Source of the DNA: an uncultured Chlamydiae bacterium
Lineage (GTDB): Bacteria > Chlamydiota > Chlamydiia > Chlamydiales > JAJFMA01
Assembly (NCBI GenBank): GCA_963713615.1
Contig: CAVQMM010000001.1
Location: 3,328,001-3,392,000, forward strand
DNA length: 64,000 bases
Direction of reading: 5' to 3'
Below the pieces are notes generated by a model that saw only the letters and a program-made list of their open reading frames with translations, did not search any database and had not been told where the DNA came from. Below, in pieces: positions 1 to 7,523 of this stretch (the stretch's first letter is position 1; each line of letters starts with the position of its first letter). The translations under genes and the position numbers were made by a program.

Positions 1-665
1 TAGGCTTCTTGCTGGGAAGAAGACAGGACATTGTTTGCTTTTCTTCTCCACGCCGCCAAGCAGGCGATTAGAGCCATTGTACCCAGCAAGATATATGTGC
101 TAGGTTCAGGCGCGTTGACAAAACCCAAAGTAAAGTGCGCTGTGGCTGAAGCTCCAGGAGCGAGCACCCCAGGTAGGTAGGTCATTTGAACGTAATGTGC
201 ACCAAAGATCAAAGAGCCAGAAGGAGGCGAATTGCCACCACTGAATACAACGCTAGAAATGTTTTGGCGCACGGCACCTACTTGAGGGAATAGACCAAAG
301 CGGTATACTGTGTTACCGGTTATAATATCTGGGGTTAGCCCAGTGTTAGTCGCTGTCAGTTCTATCGTATTATTTCCTATATCCGCAGTAACGGCCAGGT
401 GTAGGCCTGTCTCCGTGAATATAGCTAACGAGTTACCTGTAAACTCTATCCCACCAGTAACTGGTCTTTGAATGGCCGGCTTTCCAGGTATAGCGGCTGG
501 ATCAAAGAAGTTTGAATGGTTAGCGTCAAATCGTAGGGTACCATTGGCGTTTGTGCCAAGCAGTCCCCCATATCCCGCAGTAGGTGCAATGGCAACAGCG
601 CATAAACCTGCAGCTATCACGAATGAACTCACACCTTTTTCAAAAAGACCAAACAGTTTATTCAT
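1..665 (-). CDS. PEP-CTERM sorting domain protein, paralog 1 (221 aa; stop codon cut by window edge)
   Basis: Not in the ORF track; translated by hand from ATG at 665: MNKLFGLFEKG...GYGGLLGT...NFFD...VNAPEPSTYILLGTMALIACLAAWRRK...QEA, then TA at the edge. Signal peptide, PEP motif, TM helix and basic tail; clearly paralogous to the next two genes. Confidence 0.9.
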   Translation of the reverse strand, partial: MNKLFGLFEKGVSSFVIAAGLCAVAIAPTAGYGGLLGTNANGTLRFDANHSNFFDPAAIPGKPAIQRPVTGGIEFTGNSLAIFTETGLHLAVTADIGNNTIELTATNTGLTPDIITGNTVYRFGLFPQVGAVRQNISSVVFSGGNSPPSGSLIFGAHYVQMTYLPGVLAPGASATAHFTLGFVNAPEPSTYILLGTMALIACLAAWRRKANNVLSSSQQEA

Positions 666-735
666 GCAACACCTCCCAGTGTTTTGTGTGTCCTGTTTAG
701 AATTAATAAGACAGGCAAGTAATTTCTATAACTTC

Positions 736-764
736 ATTGTATTACTAAATAATTATTTGTACAA
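736..764 (-). promoter_or_regulatory. sigma66/sigma70-type promoter TTGTAC-N17-TACAAT
   Basis: Exact 17-nt spacer; same architecture upstream of all three PEP-CTERM paralogs. Confidence 0.7.
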
Positions 765-866
765 ACAATTAATACGTAAACTATTTAAATTTAATTATCT
801 ACAGATTGATTAATCATTTACTTTAGTTGATATTTAATCTGTCAAATAAAATATTAAAATGCGGAA

Positions 867-898
867 AGGCCTCATGCACCACTTGATGCATGAGGCCT
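867..898 (-). terminator. Intrinsic terminator of PEP-CTERM paralog 2
   Basis: 12-bp stem AGGCCTCATGCA/TGCATGAGGCCT just past the stop codon. Confidence 0.7.
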
Positions 899-931
899 AA
901 TCCTCCTAACTCAGAAGCTTTCCTCCTGTAT

Positions 932-1561
932 TTAGGAGATTTGGGAGGTGACTTTTTCTCGTTTTCTAGCGACAAACAGAGCTAATAACCCCATGCTACC
1001 TAATAAGGCATAGGTTCCTGGTTCAGGTACTGTGGCAAACGACAATGTATAGTGTGCAAATGCGCTTTCGCCGCCACCAAGGATGAAGCCCTTTTGATCG
1101 ATAACTAATGAATGAGGACCAAACGTTACGGACCCAGGGGCAAGTCCTAGGTCAAATACGGCATTGGAGATGACCTGACCATTTTTGGGGAATAGCTCGA
1201 AAGTAAAGGAATGGTTGGGGATGGTAGCTGATACAAGGCCAGAGTTGATCCAGGTCAGTAGAATTTCATGATCGGCTAAGTCTGCTGAAATGTGAGCTGT
1301 GACGCCAGGAAAGTCGGCCTGAAGAGCAGGCTGGTTACCGGGATATTCCACGCCAGGATTCACGACGACAGCAGGGACGAAGGCATTTCCAGGCACAGGA
1401 CTTAGGTCAAAATAGTTAGTTGGTGAAACACCTATGGTCAGTTTACCTTGAGCAGTGGTGCCTAGTAAGCCTCCATAGCCAGAATTGGGCAGGATTGAAA
1501 ATACAGCAACAGTTGCAAGGACGGTTCCGACGCCTCTAAATAAGTTTAATAAGTTTTTCAT
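932..1561 (-). CDS. PEP-CTERM sorting domain protein, paralog 2
   Basis: Signal peptide ending GYG|GLLGT; C-terminal VPEPGTYALLGSMGLLALFVARKREK. Confidence 0.92.
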   Translation of the reverse strand: MKNLLNLFRGVGTVLATVAVFSILPNSGYGGLLGTTAQGKLTIGVSPTNYFDLSPVPGNAFVPAVVVNPGVEYPGNQPALQADFPGVTAHISADLADHEILLTWINSGLVSATIPNHSFTFELFPKNGQVISNAVFDLGLAPGSVTFGPHSLVIDQKGFILGGGESAFAHYTLSFATVPEPGTYALLGSMGLLALFVARKREKVTSQIS

Positions 1562-1675
1562 GAGACCCTCCCATTGATTTTATGATTACTATTAGATTAA
1601 CTTTCTAATAGTTTGTTATGTTGTCAATTTGTTGTACTGTGTTTAGCTTTCTTATTCGTTCCTCTTACATTTATT

Positions 1676-1704
1676 AGTATAGACGTGGCGAATTATTTGT
1701 ACAA
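1676..1704 (-). promoter_or_regulatory. sigma66/sigma70-type promoter TTGTAC-N17-TATACT
   Basis: Exact 17-nt spacer; motif shared with the paralogs. Confidence 0.7.
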
Positions 1705-1785
1705 ATATTTTTTTAATAAATCATAAATTTATAATTTATTGGAGAATAGTCATTCATCTATTTTAGCTATTTATTGAAGGTCAAC

Positions 1786-1821
1786 AAAAAAAAAGGCTTC
1801 ATGCCTTGAAGGCATGAAGCC
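1786..1821 (-). terminator. Intrinsic terminator of PEP-CTERM paralog 3
   Basis: Stem GGCTTCATGCC...GGCATGAAGCC followed by U9 on the minus strand. Confidence 0.85.
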
Positions 1822-1847
1822 GAGAGATTCTAACAACAGAAGTCATC

Positions 1848-2471
1848 TTAACAAATTTGATGTGCTTCTCGTCTTCTTGCAGCAAAGAGCGCGATCAATG
1901 CCATGCTGCTCAACAATAGATAGGTTGCTGGTTCAGGAACATTCACAAAAGACAGAGAATAGTGTCCGAAGGCGCTGCTCGCTGAACCCAATAGAAATGG
2001 GCCATAAGCGATCTGCACCTGGTGAGCGCTAAAAGTGACGGCTCCTGGTAAACCAAAGTCGAAGGTGACATTTGAAATTTTTTGTCCTCCTGTCGGGGAT
2101 AGATTAAAGGTGAATTTGGTAGCTGGAATCAAGTTAGGATTTATTCCAGCGTTGATCCAGGTTAACAGGATTTGATGATCAGCTATATCTGCTGACATAA
2201 AGGTTGTTAAACCAGGTATCGCTGTTTGAAGAGCGTGTGCGTTACTGGTAAATTCGACGCCAGGATCAACGACTGTGGCATTCACAGGTGCAGAACCTGG
2301 GACTGCGGACAGGTCAAAATAGTTAGTTGACGAAAGCCCGACGTTTAAAGTGCCACCTGCAGTTGTTCCCAATAGACCAGCATATCCGGAAGAAGGAGCT
2401 AGTGACACAATCGCAGCAGCTGCAACGAAATAAGCAGCGCCTTTATTGAATAAATTAAAGAACCCTTTCAT
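1848..2471 (-). CDS. PEP-CTERM sorting domain protein, paralog 3
   Basis: Start moved to MKGFFNLF (GAGGT RBS; aligns with paralog N-termini); C-terminal VPEPATYLLLSSMALIALFAARRR. Confidence 0.92.
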   Translation of the reverse strand: MKGFFNLFNKGAAYFVAAAAIVSLAPSSGYAGLLGTTAGGTLNVGLSSTNYFDLSAVPGSAPVNATVVDPGVEFTSNAHALQTAIPGLTTFMSADIADHQILLTWINAGINPNLIPATKFTFNLSPTGGQKISNVTFDFGLPGAVTFSAHQVQIAYGPFLLGSASSAFGHYSLSFVNVPEPATYLLLSSMALIALFAARRREAHQIC

Positions 2472-2565
2472 AATAACCTCACAACTTTTCATTTTTATTG
2501 TAGTTGAGTTTCAAGTCATTGTTAGTAAGGTATTACGGGCTCAAATTACAGTCTCTACAATATTT

Positions 2566-2594
2566 ATTTTATAAACTATCTATTTATTGTACAA
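2566..2594 (-). promoter_or_regulatory. sigma66/sigma70-type promoter TTGTAC-N17-TAAAAT
   Basis: Exact 17-nt spacer; motif shared with the paralogs. Confidence 0.65.
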
Positions 2595-2683
2595 ACAAAT
2601 TCTTCATAAATATCTTAATATTAGATTTTTATGTAATCAATTAGTTATTTAATTAGAGAGGGAATTAAGTCGTCAATAAATTT

Positions 2684-3823
2684 TTAAAAGAGTAGTTTCT
2701 CGAGCAATGGGCTGATAGCCAGGGCATTTTTAAGTTGGAGATAGTTATCCCATGCGCTTTTTTGACGTTCTGGTGAGGGTTTTTTTTGTGCGCGCAATAG
2801 AAGATTTTTTGGGGAATGTTCCAAATCAATGAACTCAACGACTTGAGTTTGATAGCCGGCAGCTTCGAGCAGTTCGGCGCGGGCAGCATCAGTAATGAGA
2901 GCAGCGCAGCGCTCTTTAAGAATGCCGTGTCTGAATAGCGACTTCAACTCGGAACTCTCTATCTGGGAAAAAAGTTCATGCTGACAGCAGGGAGCCGCGA
3001 ACAAATACTCCGCTCCCCACGAGACTCCCTTTGCGAGAGCGTAGTCCGTAGCGGTGTCACAGGCATGTAGCGAGACCACGACATCGACCTGTTTATGAGG
3101 CACAAAGGAATCGATGCTGCCTTGATAAAAGTGCAATTGATCATAACCGAGAGTTTTGGCGAGGGTTTGGCAGTGTGCAATGACATCGGCCTTAAGATCC
3201 ACACCGGTAAGTTCTACCTCAATATTTTGGATCTCTCGGAGATAGTGATACAAGGCAAAAGTTAAGTAAGCTTTGCCACAGCCGAGATCAACGATATGCA
3301 GAGGCTGCTGAAAATCTAGGCTGTGACATACTAACTCGAGAAAGCGGTTGATCTGGCGGAATTTATGCGTTTTCGCTGCAATCAACTTGCCTGAGGCGCT
3401 CATGAGTCCTAGCCCTATAAGGTAAGGATCAGGAATCCCTTCCGGCAGCAGATGCTTTTTTTGGCGGTCATGCTGTTGAATGTGCGGTTTTTTTGTGGGG
3501 GGATGGCGGTGGCAGGAAACTCCTTTGCTTTTGTGGAGAATATGCCAGTCAGCGTCCGGAGCAAAGAGCTGAATTTGTCTAAAGGCTATCAGCATTTCAG
3601 CCATAATTTTCTGGCATGCTGGGATAGTGAGATTTTGATGAAAGGCCTTGTTCTCTTTAAAGAAGGTCAGCTGGTACACCTTCTCGCCTTTAATAAAAAT
3701 GGGACGAATGGATGCTTTTTGTCCCCAAGGAGAGCTAAATAGAGGGTCACTCAAAGTAGCGTCGAGTAATTTCCCTTCTGCAATGAGATCTTGTGCCAAG
3801 GCGACAATATTCATGAAATCCAT
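2684..3823 (-). CDS. Class I SAM-dependent methyltransferase (Methyltransf_32-like)
   Basis: IVDLGCGKAYLTF, SLHACDTATD, APCCQHE and HSPKNLL motifs; start uncertain (3823 or 3814). Confidence 0.85.
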   Translation of the reverse strand: MDFMNIVALAQDLIAEGKLLDATLSDPLFSSPWGQKASIRPIFIKGEKVYQLTFFKENKAFHQNLTIPACQKIMAEMLIAFRQIQLFAPDADWHILHKSKGVSCHRHPPTKKPHIQQHDRQKKHLLPEGIPDPYLIGLGLMSASGKLIAAKTHKFRQINRFLELVCHSLDFQQPLHIVDLGCGKAYLTFALYHYLREIQNIEVELTGVDLKADVIAHCQTLAKTLGYDQLHFYQGSIDSFVPHKQVDVVVSLHACDTATDYALAKGVSWGAEYLFAAPCCQHELFSQIESSELKSLFRHGILKERCAALITDAARAELLEAAGYQTQVVEFIDLEHSPKNLLLRAQKKPSPERQKSAWDNYLQLKNALAISPLLEKLLF

Positions 3824-3877
3824 TACGATATTGCGAGTAAAACTACCATCATAACTTTCGGAAGCAATTGTTGCCAC

Positions 3878-4843
3878 ATGTCCTTACCATCTGAACTGCA
3901 AAATGCCATTGAACGGCTGACGTCATCTGTCCCACTGTCATCCTTAACACAGGCAACACAAGAGGTATCCGCGCGTTACCGCCTGGGCGTTAAGCGAGCC
4001 CCTGCACTTTCCTCGGAGCAACATCGATTGGCCTACCTGGTGACAAGATTGCCAGCCACCTACCAGGCTGTACATGCTGTTTTGGCTCAATTCATCGCTA
4101 GTGATCCTAGCATGACCCCACTGTCTCTGTTGGATGTAGGTGCTGGTCCCGGAACGGCCATGTGGGCTGCCGTGGATTCGTTACCATCGATTTGTCATGT
4201 TACACTTATTGAGCAGGATCAAGCGTTTATGGCGCTCGGGAAGCAGCTCGCTAGCCATGCCGCCAATGCCGTCATCACTTCCGCACAATGGCTGCATCAG
4301 GATATGACAGCATTGTCCGCCTGGCCTGAACACGATCTGGTTTTGCTCTCCTATTCCCTCGGAGAACTGGAAGAAACGATAAGCTTTAAGGTGCTGCAAG
4401 CTTGCTGGCAGGCTGCTAGAAAAGGTCTTGTCATAATTGAACCCGGTACACCGCGAGGGTACGGAAAAATTTTGCGCTTTCGCCAGACTCTCATCGATTG
4501 GGGCGCCCGATTGGTGGCTCCATGTCCTCATTCTCATAGATGTCCGATGGAGGGTACCAAGGATTGGTGCCATTTTTCTTGTCGTGTTGAGCGTTCATCA
4601 GCTCACCGACAGGCCAAATTCGGAACCCTAGGTCATGAAGATGAAAAATTTTCTTACTTAGCGGTGACCAAAGGATCGGGTCAATCTGCACTCGAACGCG
4701 TCATGCGGCACCCACAAAAAAGATCAGGCCATGTTCATTTGGAGCTCTGTACGCTCGACGGTCTCAAAAATATTGTCGTCTCAAAAAAACAAGGCGACGC
4801 CTACCAATGGGCCCGCAAAGCCGAATGGGGCGATGGGAGATAA
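3878..4843 (+). CDS. Small ribosomal subunit Rsm22-family methyltransferase
   Basis: AYLVTRLPATY, LDVGAGPGT, IIEPGTPRG, APCPH..CP..WCHF and EDEKFSY motifs; start moved to MSLPSELQ. Confidence 0.88.
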   Translation: MSLPSELQNAIERLTSSVPLSSLTQATQEVSARYRLGVKRAPALSSEQHRLAYLVTRLPATYQAVHAVLAQFIASDPSMTPLSLLDVGAGPGTAMWAAVDSLPSICHVTLIEQDQAFMALGKQLASHAANAVITSAQWLHQDMTALSAWPEHDLVLLSYSLGELEETISFKVLQACWQAARKGLVIIEPGTPRGYGKILRFRQTLIDWGARLVAPCPHSHRCPMEGTKDWCHFSCRVERSSAHRQAKFGTLGHEDEKFSYLAVTKGSGQSALERVMRHPQKRSGHVHLELCTLDGLKNIVVSKKQGDAYQWARKAEWGDGR

Positions 4844-4849
4844 GAGATA

Positions 4850-4971
4850 CCACGCGTGGGAGGAAGGAAGAGGATAGGATTAGGAATTTTTACCGCCGAG
4901 GCGCCTCGGCTGTGAAAATTCCTAATCCTATCCTCTTCCCTTCCTCACTCTCTCCTTCTTCCCACGCTTGG
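4850..4971. repeat. Palindromic repeat family C (AGGAATTTTACCGCCGAG core)
   Basis: Long imperfect inverted repeat centred on CCGAGGCGCCTCGG; related arms at 7.05, 16.75, 29.9, 34.0, 36.6 and 39.9 kb. Confidence 0.85.
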
Positions 4972-5008
4972 TTAGATTTGGCGCATTCAGGATCGGAAAG
5001 GATAAAAG

Positions 5009-5169
5009 GGCCTTGTTCACCTTTACGGTCAGAATTTCGGTCGGACGAAAAAGGTCGGATGTCGTGGTTTGTGACGAGGGCATAGCGCCAGCTATGTCCG
5101 AGGAGCAAAACGCGACAGACGATCCTTTTGCAGTCGACCGAAATTCTGACCGCAAAGGTGAACAAGGCC
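5009..5169. mobile_element. MITE family A (161 bp), IS1595-like ends
   Basis: ~35-bp TIRs GGCCTTGTTCACCTTT(A/G)CGGTCAGAATTTCGGTCG; flanking 8-bp direct repeat GATAAAAG (5001-5008 and 5170-5177); further copies at 29960-30050 and 40654-40813. Confidence 0.9.
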
Positions 5170-5177
5170 GATAAAAG

Positions 5178-5216
5178 AAAGGGCGCGGTACTTTTGCAAG
5201 CACCGCGCCCCTTTTT
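5178..5216 (+). terminator. Intrinsic terminator
   Basis: GGGCGCGGT...ACCGCGCCC stem followed by CTTTTT, downstream of the Rsm22 gene. Confidence 0.75.
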
Positions 5217-5443
5217 GCGAGGCTGTGTGTGTGGTAATTTTTTCTTTACTTATTCTGTATCTTTGTTTGTAAGTAATTAATAGTTATCTATCTCTCAATT
5301 ACTATTATATAATTAATTTATTAAATTACAAACAAAATATTATACGTAGACGACTATCTATTAAATATTTAGGTGATTTGACACAGGGTAGGTCATTGTC
5401 GTATGCAGGAGTGATATGACGGAAATGTTATCAGGGAGAGGGT

Positions 5444-7087
5444 ATGTCCATCACGACGATCAGACGTCTAACAGGTTATGGAGCCGCGTTGGTGCTATTC
5501 CTATTCGCCATAACGTCCTACTACAGTGCCAAGACAGCTCCTTTGCTGCATGCATACTCGCCGATGGACGACTCCTATATTTTCATACGTTATGCAGACA
5601 ATATTTTAAGTGGTCAGGGGGTTGTATGGAACCGAGGTGGCGAGCCAACCTATGGAGCATCCAGCACTACCTACCTGGCACTTGTTACCATTGTTCGTGA
5701 ATTCCTTCGGCATAACGCCGCTCTCGTATTACAGGGATTATCTTGGGCGATGGCTGTCATTTTAGTTTTTGCTCTATCGGCTGTGGGAAGGGTGGCTTGT
5801 AAAACGGAGCTGATGCGAAAGACACCTTTTATTCTGTTTCTGACCGCTACCTTTATTTTGACTTCGCAGCCTTTCTTATATCATGCGCTGACAGGCATGG
5901 AGACAACTTTGGCGATGGTGGTTAATACGCTATTAATCGGCGCGGTCCTATGTCTATTGCGCGCGCCATCGCGTAATAAGGCCATCCTGGTAGGCTTAAC
6001 GGGCTATCTATGTTACCTTACTAGGCCGGATACAGGTCTCTACGCCGTGCTGTTTCCAGCGTTAGCGATCTGGCTATTGATTCCATCGAACCAGCGTCTG
6101 GGCTTATTTCTGTGTTGCTTCGGCAGTCTAGGCCTATTACTAGGACTGGATCTTGTATGGAAAACGGCTATTTTTGGGTCACCCTTGCCTTTATCTTATT
6201 TTGTGAAAAAAGAGGGTTTCTACAATGGCTACATTGGGCATCAGAATTGGAATGATGTCGGTTACCTTCTTGAGTTTTTTCGCCAAGCCTTCCCCTTTAT
6301 TGCTTTAATCATCTTTACAGCACAGCGACGACATTTGCGCCTTCTAGCGGTATTCCTGCTGCCTGTCCTCGTTCACTTCGCCTATTTATTCAGCGTTGTT
6401 CAAATCATGGGTAATAATGCTCGTTACTATATGCCAGCGCTGCCATTTCTTGTGATCCCAGCAATTCTGACGTTAGACGATTTTGTAGCGGATTGGGATA
6501 AGCATCTGGCAGCTAGTTGGCAATGGGTTGTGACACGTCTAGTTCTTTTGTCAGCATGTGTTATTGCACTTTCGTCTTTAGTAGGCGAAAAACTAGCGGG
6601 AGCCTATCGCATCTTCGTTCTTGAAGCACAGGATCGTGTCAATGGACGTACTCAGCAGATTGGTCACGGCCCAGAAACCAATTGGGCGGAAGCCGTAGCA
6701 GCGATGAGTCATGTGATAGCCTCATTACCTGCAGGGGCTGTTGTGGCTATGTCGGAGGTAGGGTATCCGGGTGCTGTTGCACCTCAAGTCCAGATTATTG
6801 ATCTGGCAGGCCTCAACGATAATGCTACAGCACATCAGGGCTTCTCAGTAGCCAGACTTTTGCAACGCAAGCCAGATCTCATTTGGCTTCCTCACTATCA
6901 TTATACCCGTCTTGTAGCGGCCATTCTTGACAGCAGTAGCATCCGCGATGAGTACGACGTCTATCCCAACGCTTTCGAATATGGCATAGCTATCAGAAAG
7001 GATAGTCCCTATCGTCAGCATATCACCGATGAGCTACGAGCTGCTCGGAAGGATTTTACCATAGAGAGCGCCGAGACGCAGAGATAG
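5444..7087 (+). CDS. Polytopic membrane protein, GT-C glycosyltransferase-like (AftB-like)
   Basis: DDSYIFIRYADN...GVVWN..EPTYG, GMET, TRPD, RYYMP and IIDLAGL motifs; many TM helices. Confidence 0.7.
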   Translation: MSITTIRRLTGYGAALVLFLFAITSYYSAKTAPLLHAYSPMDDSYIFIRYADNILSGQGVVWNRGGEPTYGASSTTYLALVTIVREFLRHNAALVLQGLSWAMAVILVFALSAVGRVACKTELMRKTPFILFLTATFILTSQPFLYHALTGMETTLAMVVNTLLIGAVLCLLRAPSRNKAILVGLTGYLCYLTRPDTGLYAVLFPALAIWLLIPSNQRLGLFLCCFGSLGLLLGLDLVWKTAIFGSPLPLSYFVKKEGFYNGYIGHQNWNDVGYLLEFFRQAFPFIALIIFTAQRRHLRLLAVFLLPVLVHFAYLFSVVQIMGNNARYYMPALPFLVIPAILTLDDFVADWDKHLAASWQWVVTRLVLLSACVIALSSLVGEKLAGAYRIFVLEAQDRVNGRTQQIGHGPETNWAEAVAAMSHVIASLPAGAVVAMSEVGYPGAVAPQVQIIDLAGLNDNATAHQGFSVARLLQRKPDLIWLPHYHYTRLVAAILDSSSIRDEYDVYPNAFEYGIAIRKDSPYRQHITDELRAARKDFTIESAETQR

Positions 7088-7292
7088 GAGAGAGCGAATT
7101 TTATAAAAGTTCGCTGTTTGTTATTCCAGAAGCCTATTTTACCACAGAGCACACGGAGGGCACAGAGAGGATGGCTTTTTTTGGTTCAAAGCCATCCTCT
7201 CTGTGCCCTCCCGTGTGCTCTGTGGTAAAATCCTCTTCCTCTCCTCTCTCTCTCCTATCTCTGCGTCTCCGCGCTCTCTGTGGTGAAATCCT
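7050..7292. repeat. Nested palindrome: family C arms enclosing a family B hairpin (7136-7231)
   Basis: Outer arms ~7050-7095 and ~7247-7292; inner ATTTTACCACAGAGCACACGGAGGGCACAGAGAGGATGGCTTT hairpin. Confidence 0.88.
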
Positions 7293-7523
7293 CCTCCTCT
7301 CCTTCTTCCCTATCTTTTTCCTCATCCCTTACTCCTCTTCCTCCGTTTTCTTCTCTTTCTCACGAAAATCCTTGGTGTTTTTTTTAGGGCGATGGGATAG
7401 AATCTCGGCTATCACTAGCTTCGAAAAAAAAAGATGATGAATTTCGTTGGAATTAATTGGGTTCTCTGTAATAAGTGTATTTTTCAATCTCCCTAGAAGC
7501 TTGAGGGGTTTAGATCACGTCAC

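Noticed and set aside
472..813. 113-aa plus-strand ORF
   Set aside because: Antisense to PEP-CTERM paralog 1 and runs into AT-rich promoter DNA
3791..3877. Apparent head-to-head overlap of the two methyltransferase ORFs
   Set aside because: Disappears when the downstream ATG starts (3823 and 3878) are used
4807..5203. Short ORFs over the repeat clusters (also at 7.1, 16.8, 26, 30, 34, 36.5, 40 and 63 kb)
   Set aside because: They are translations of palindromic repeats and recur wherever the repeat does
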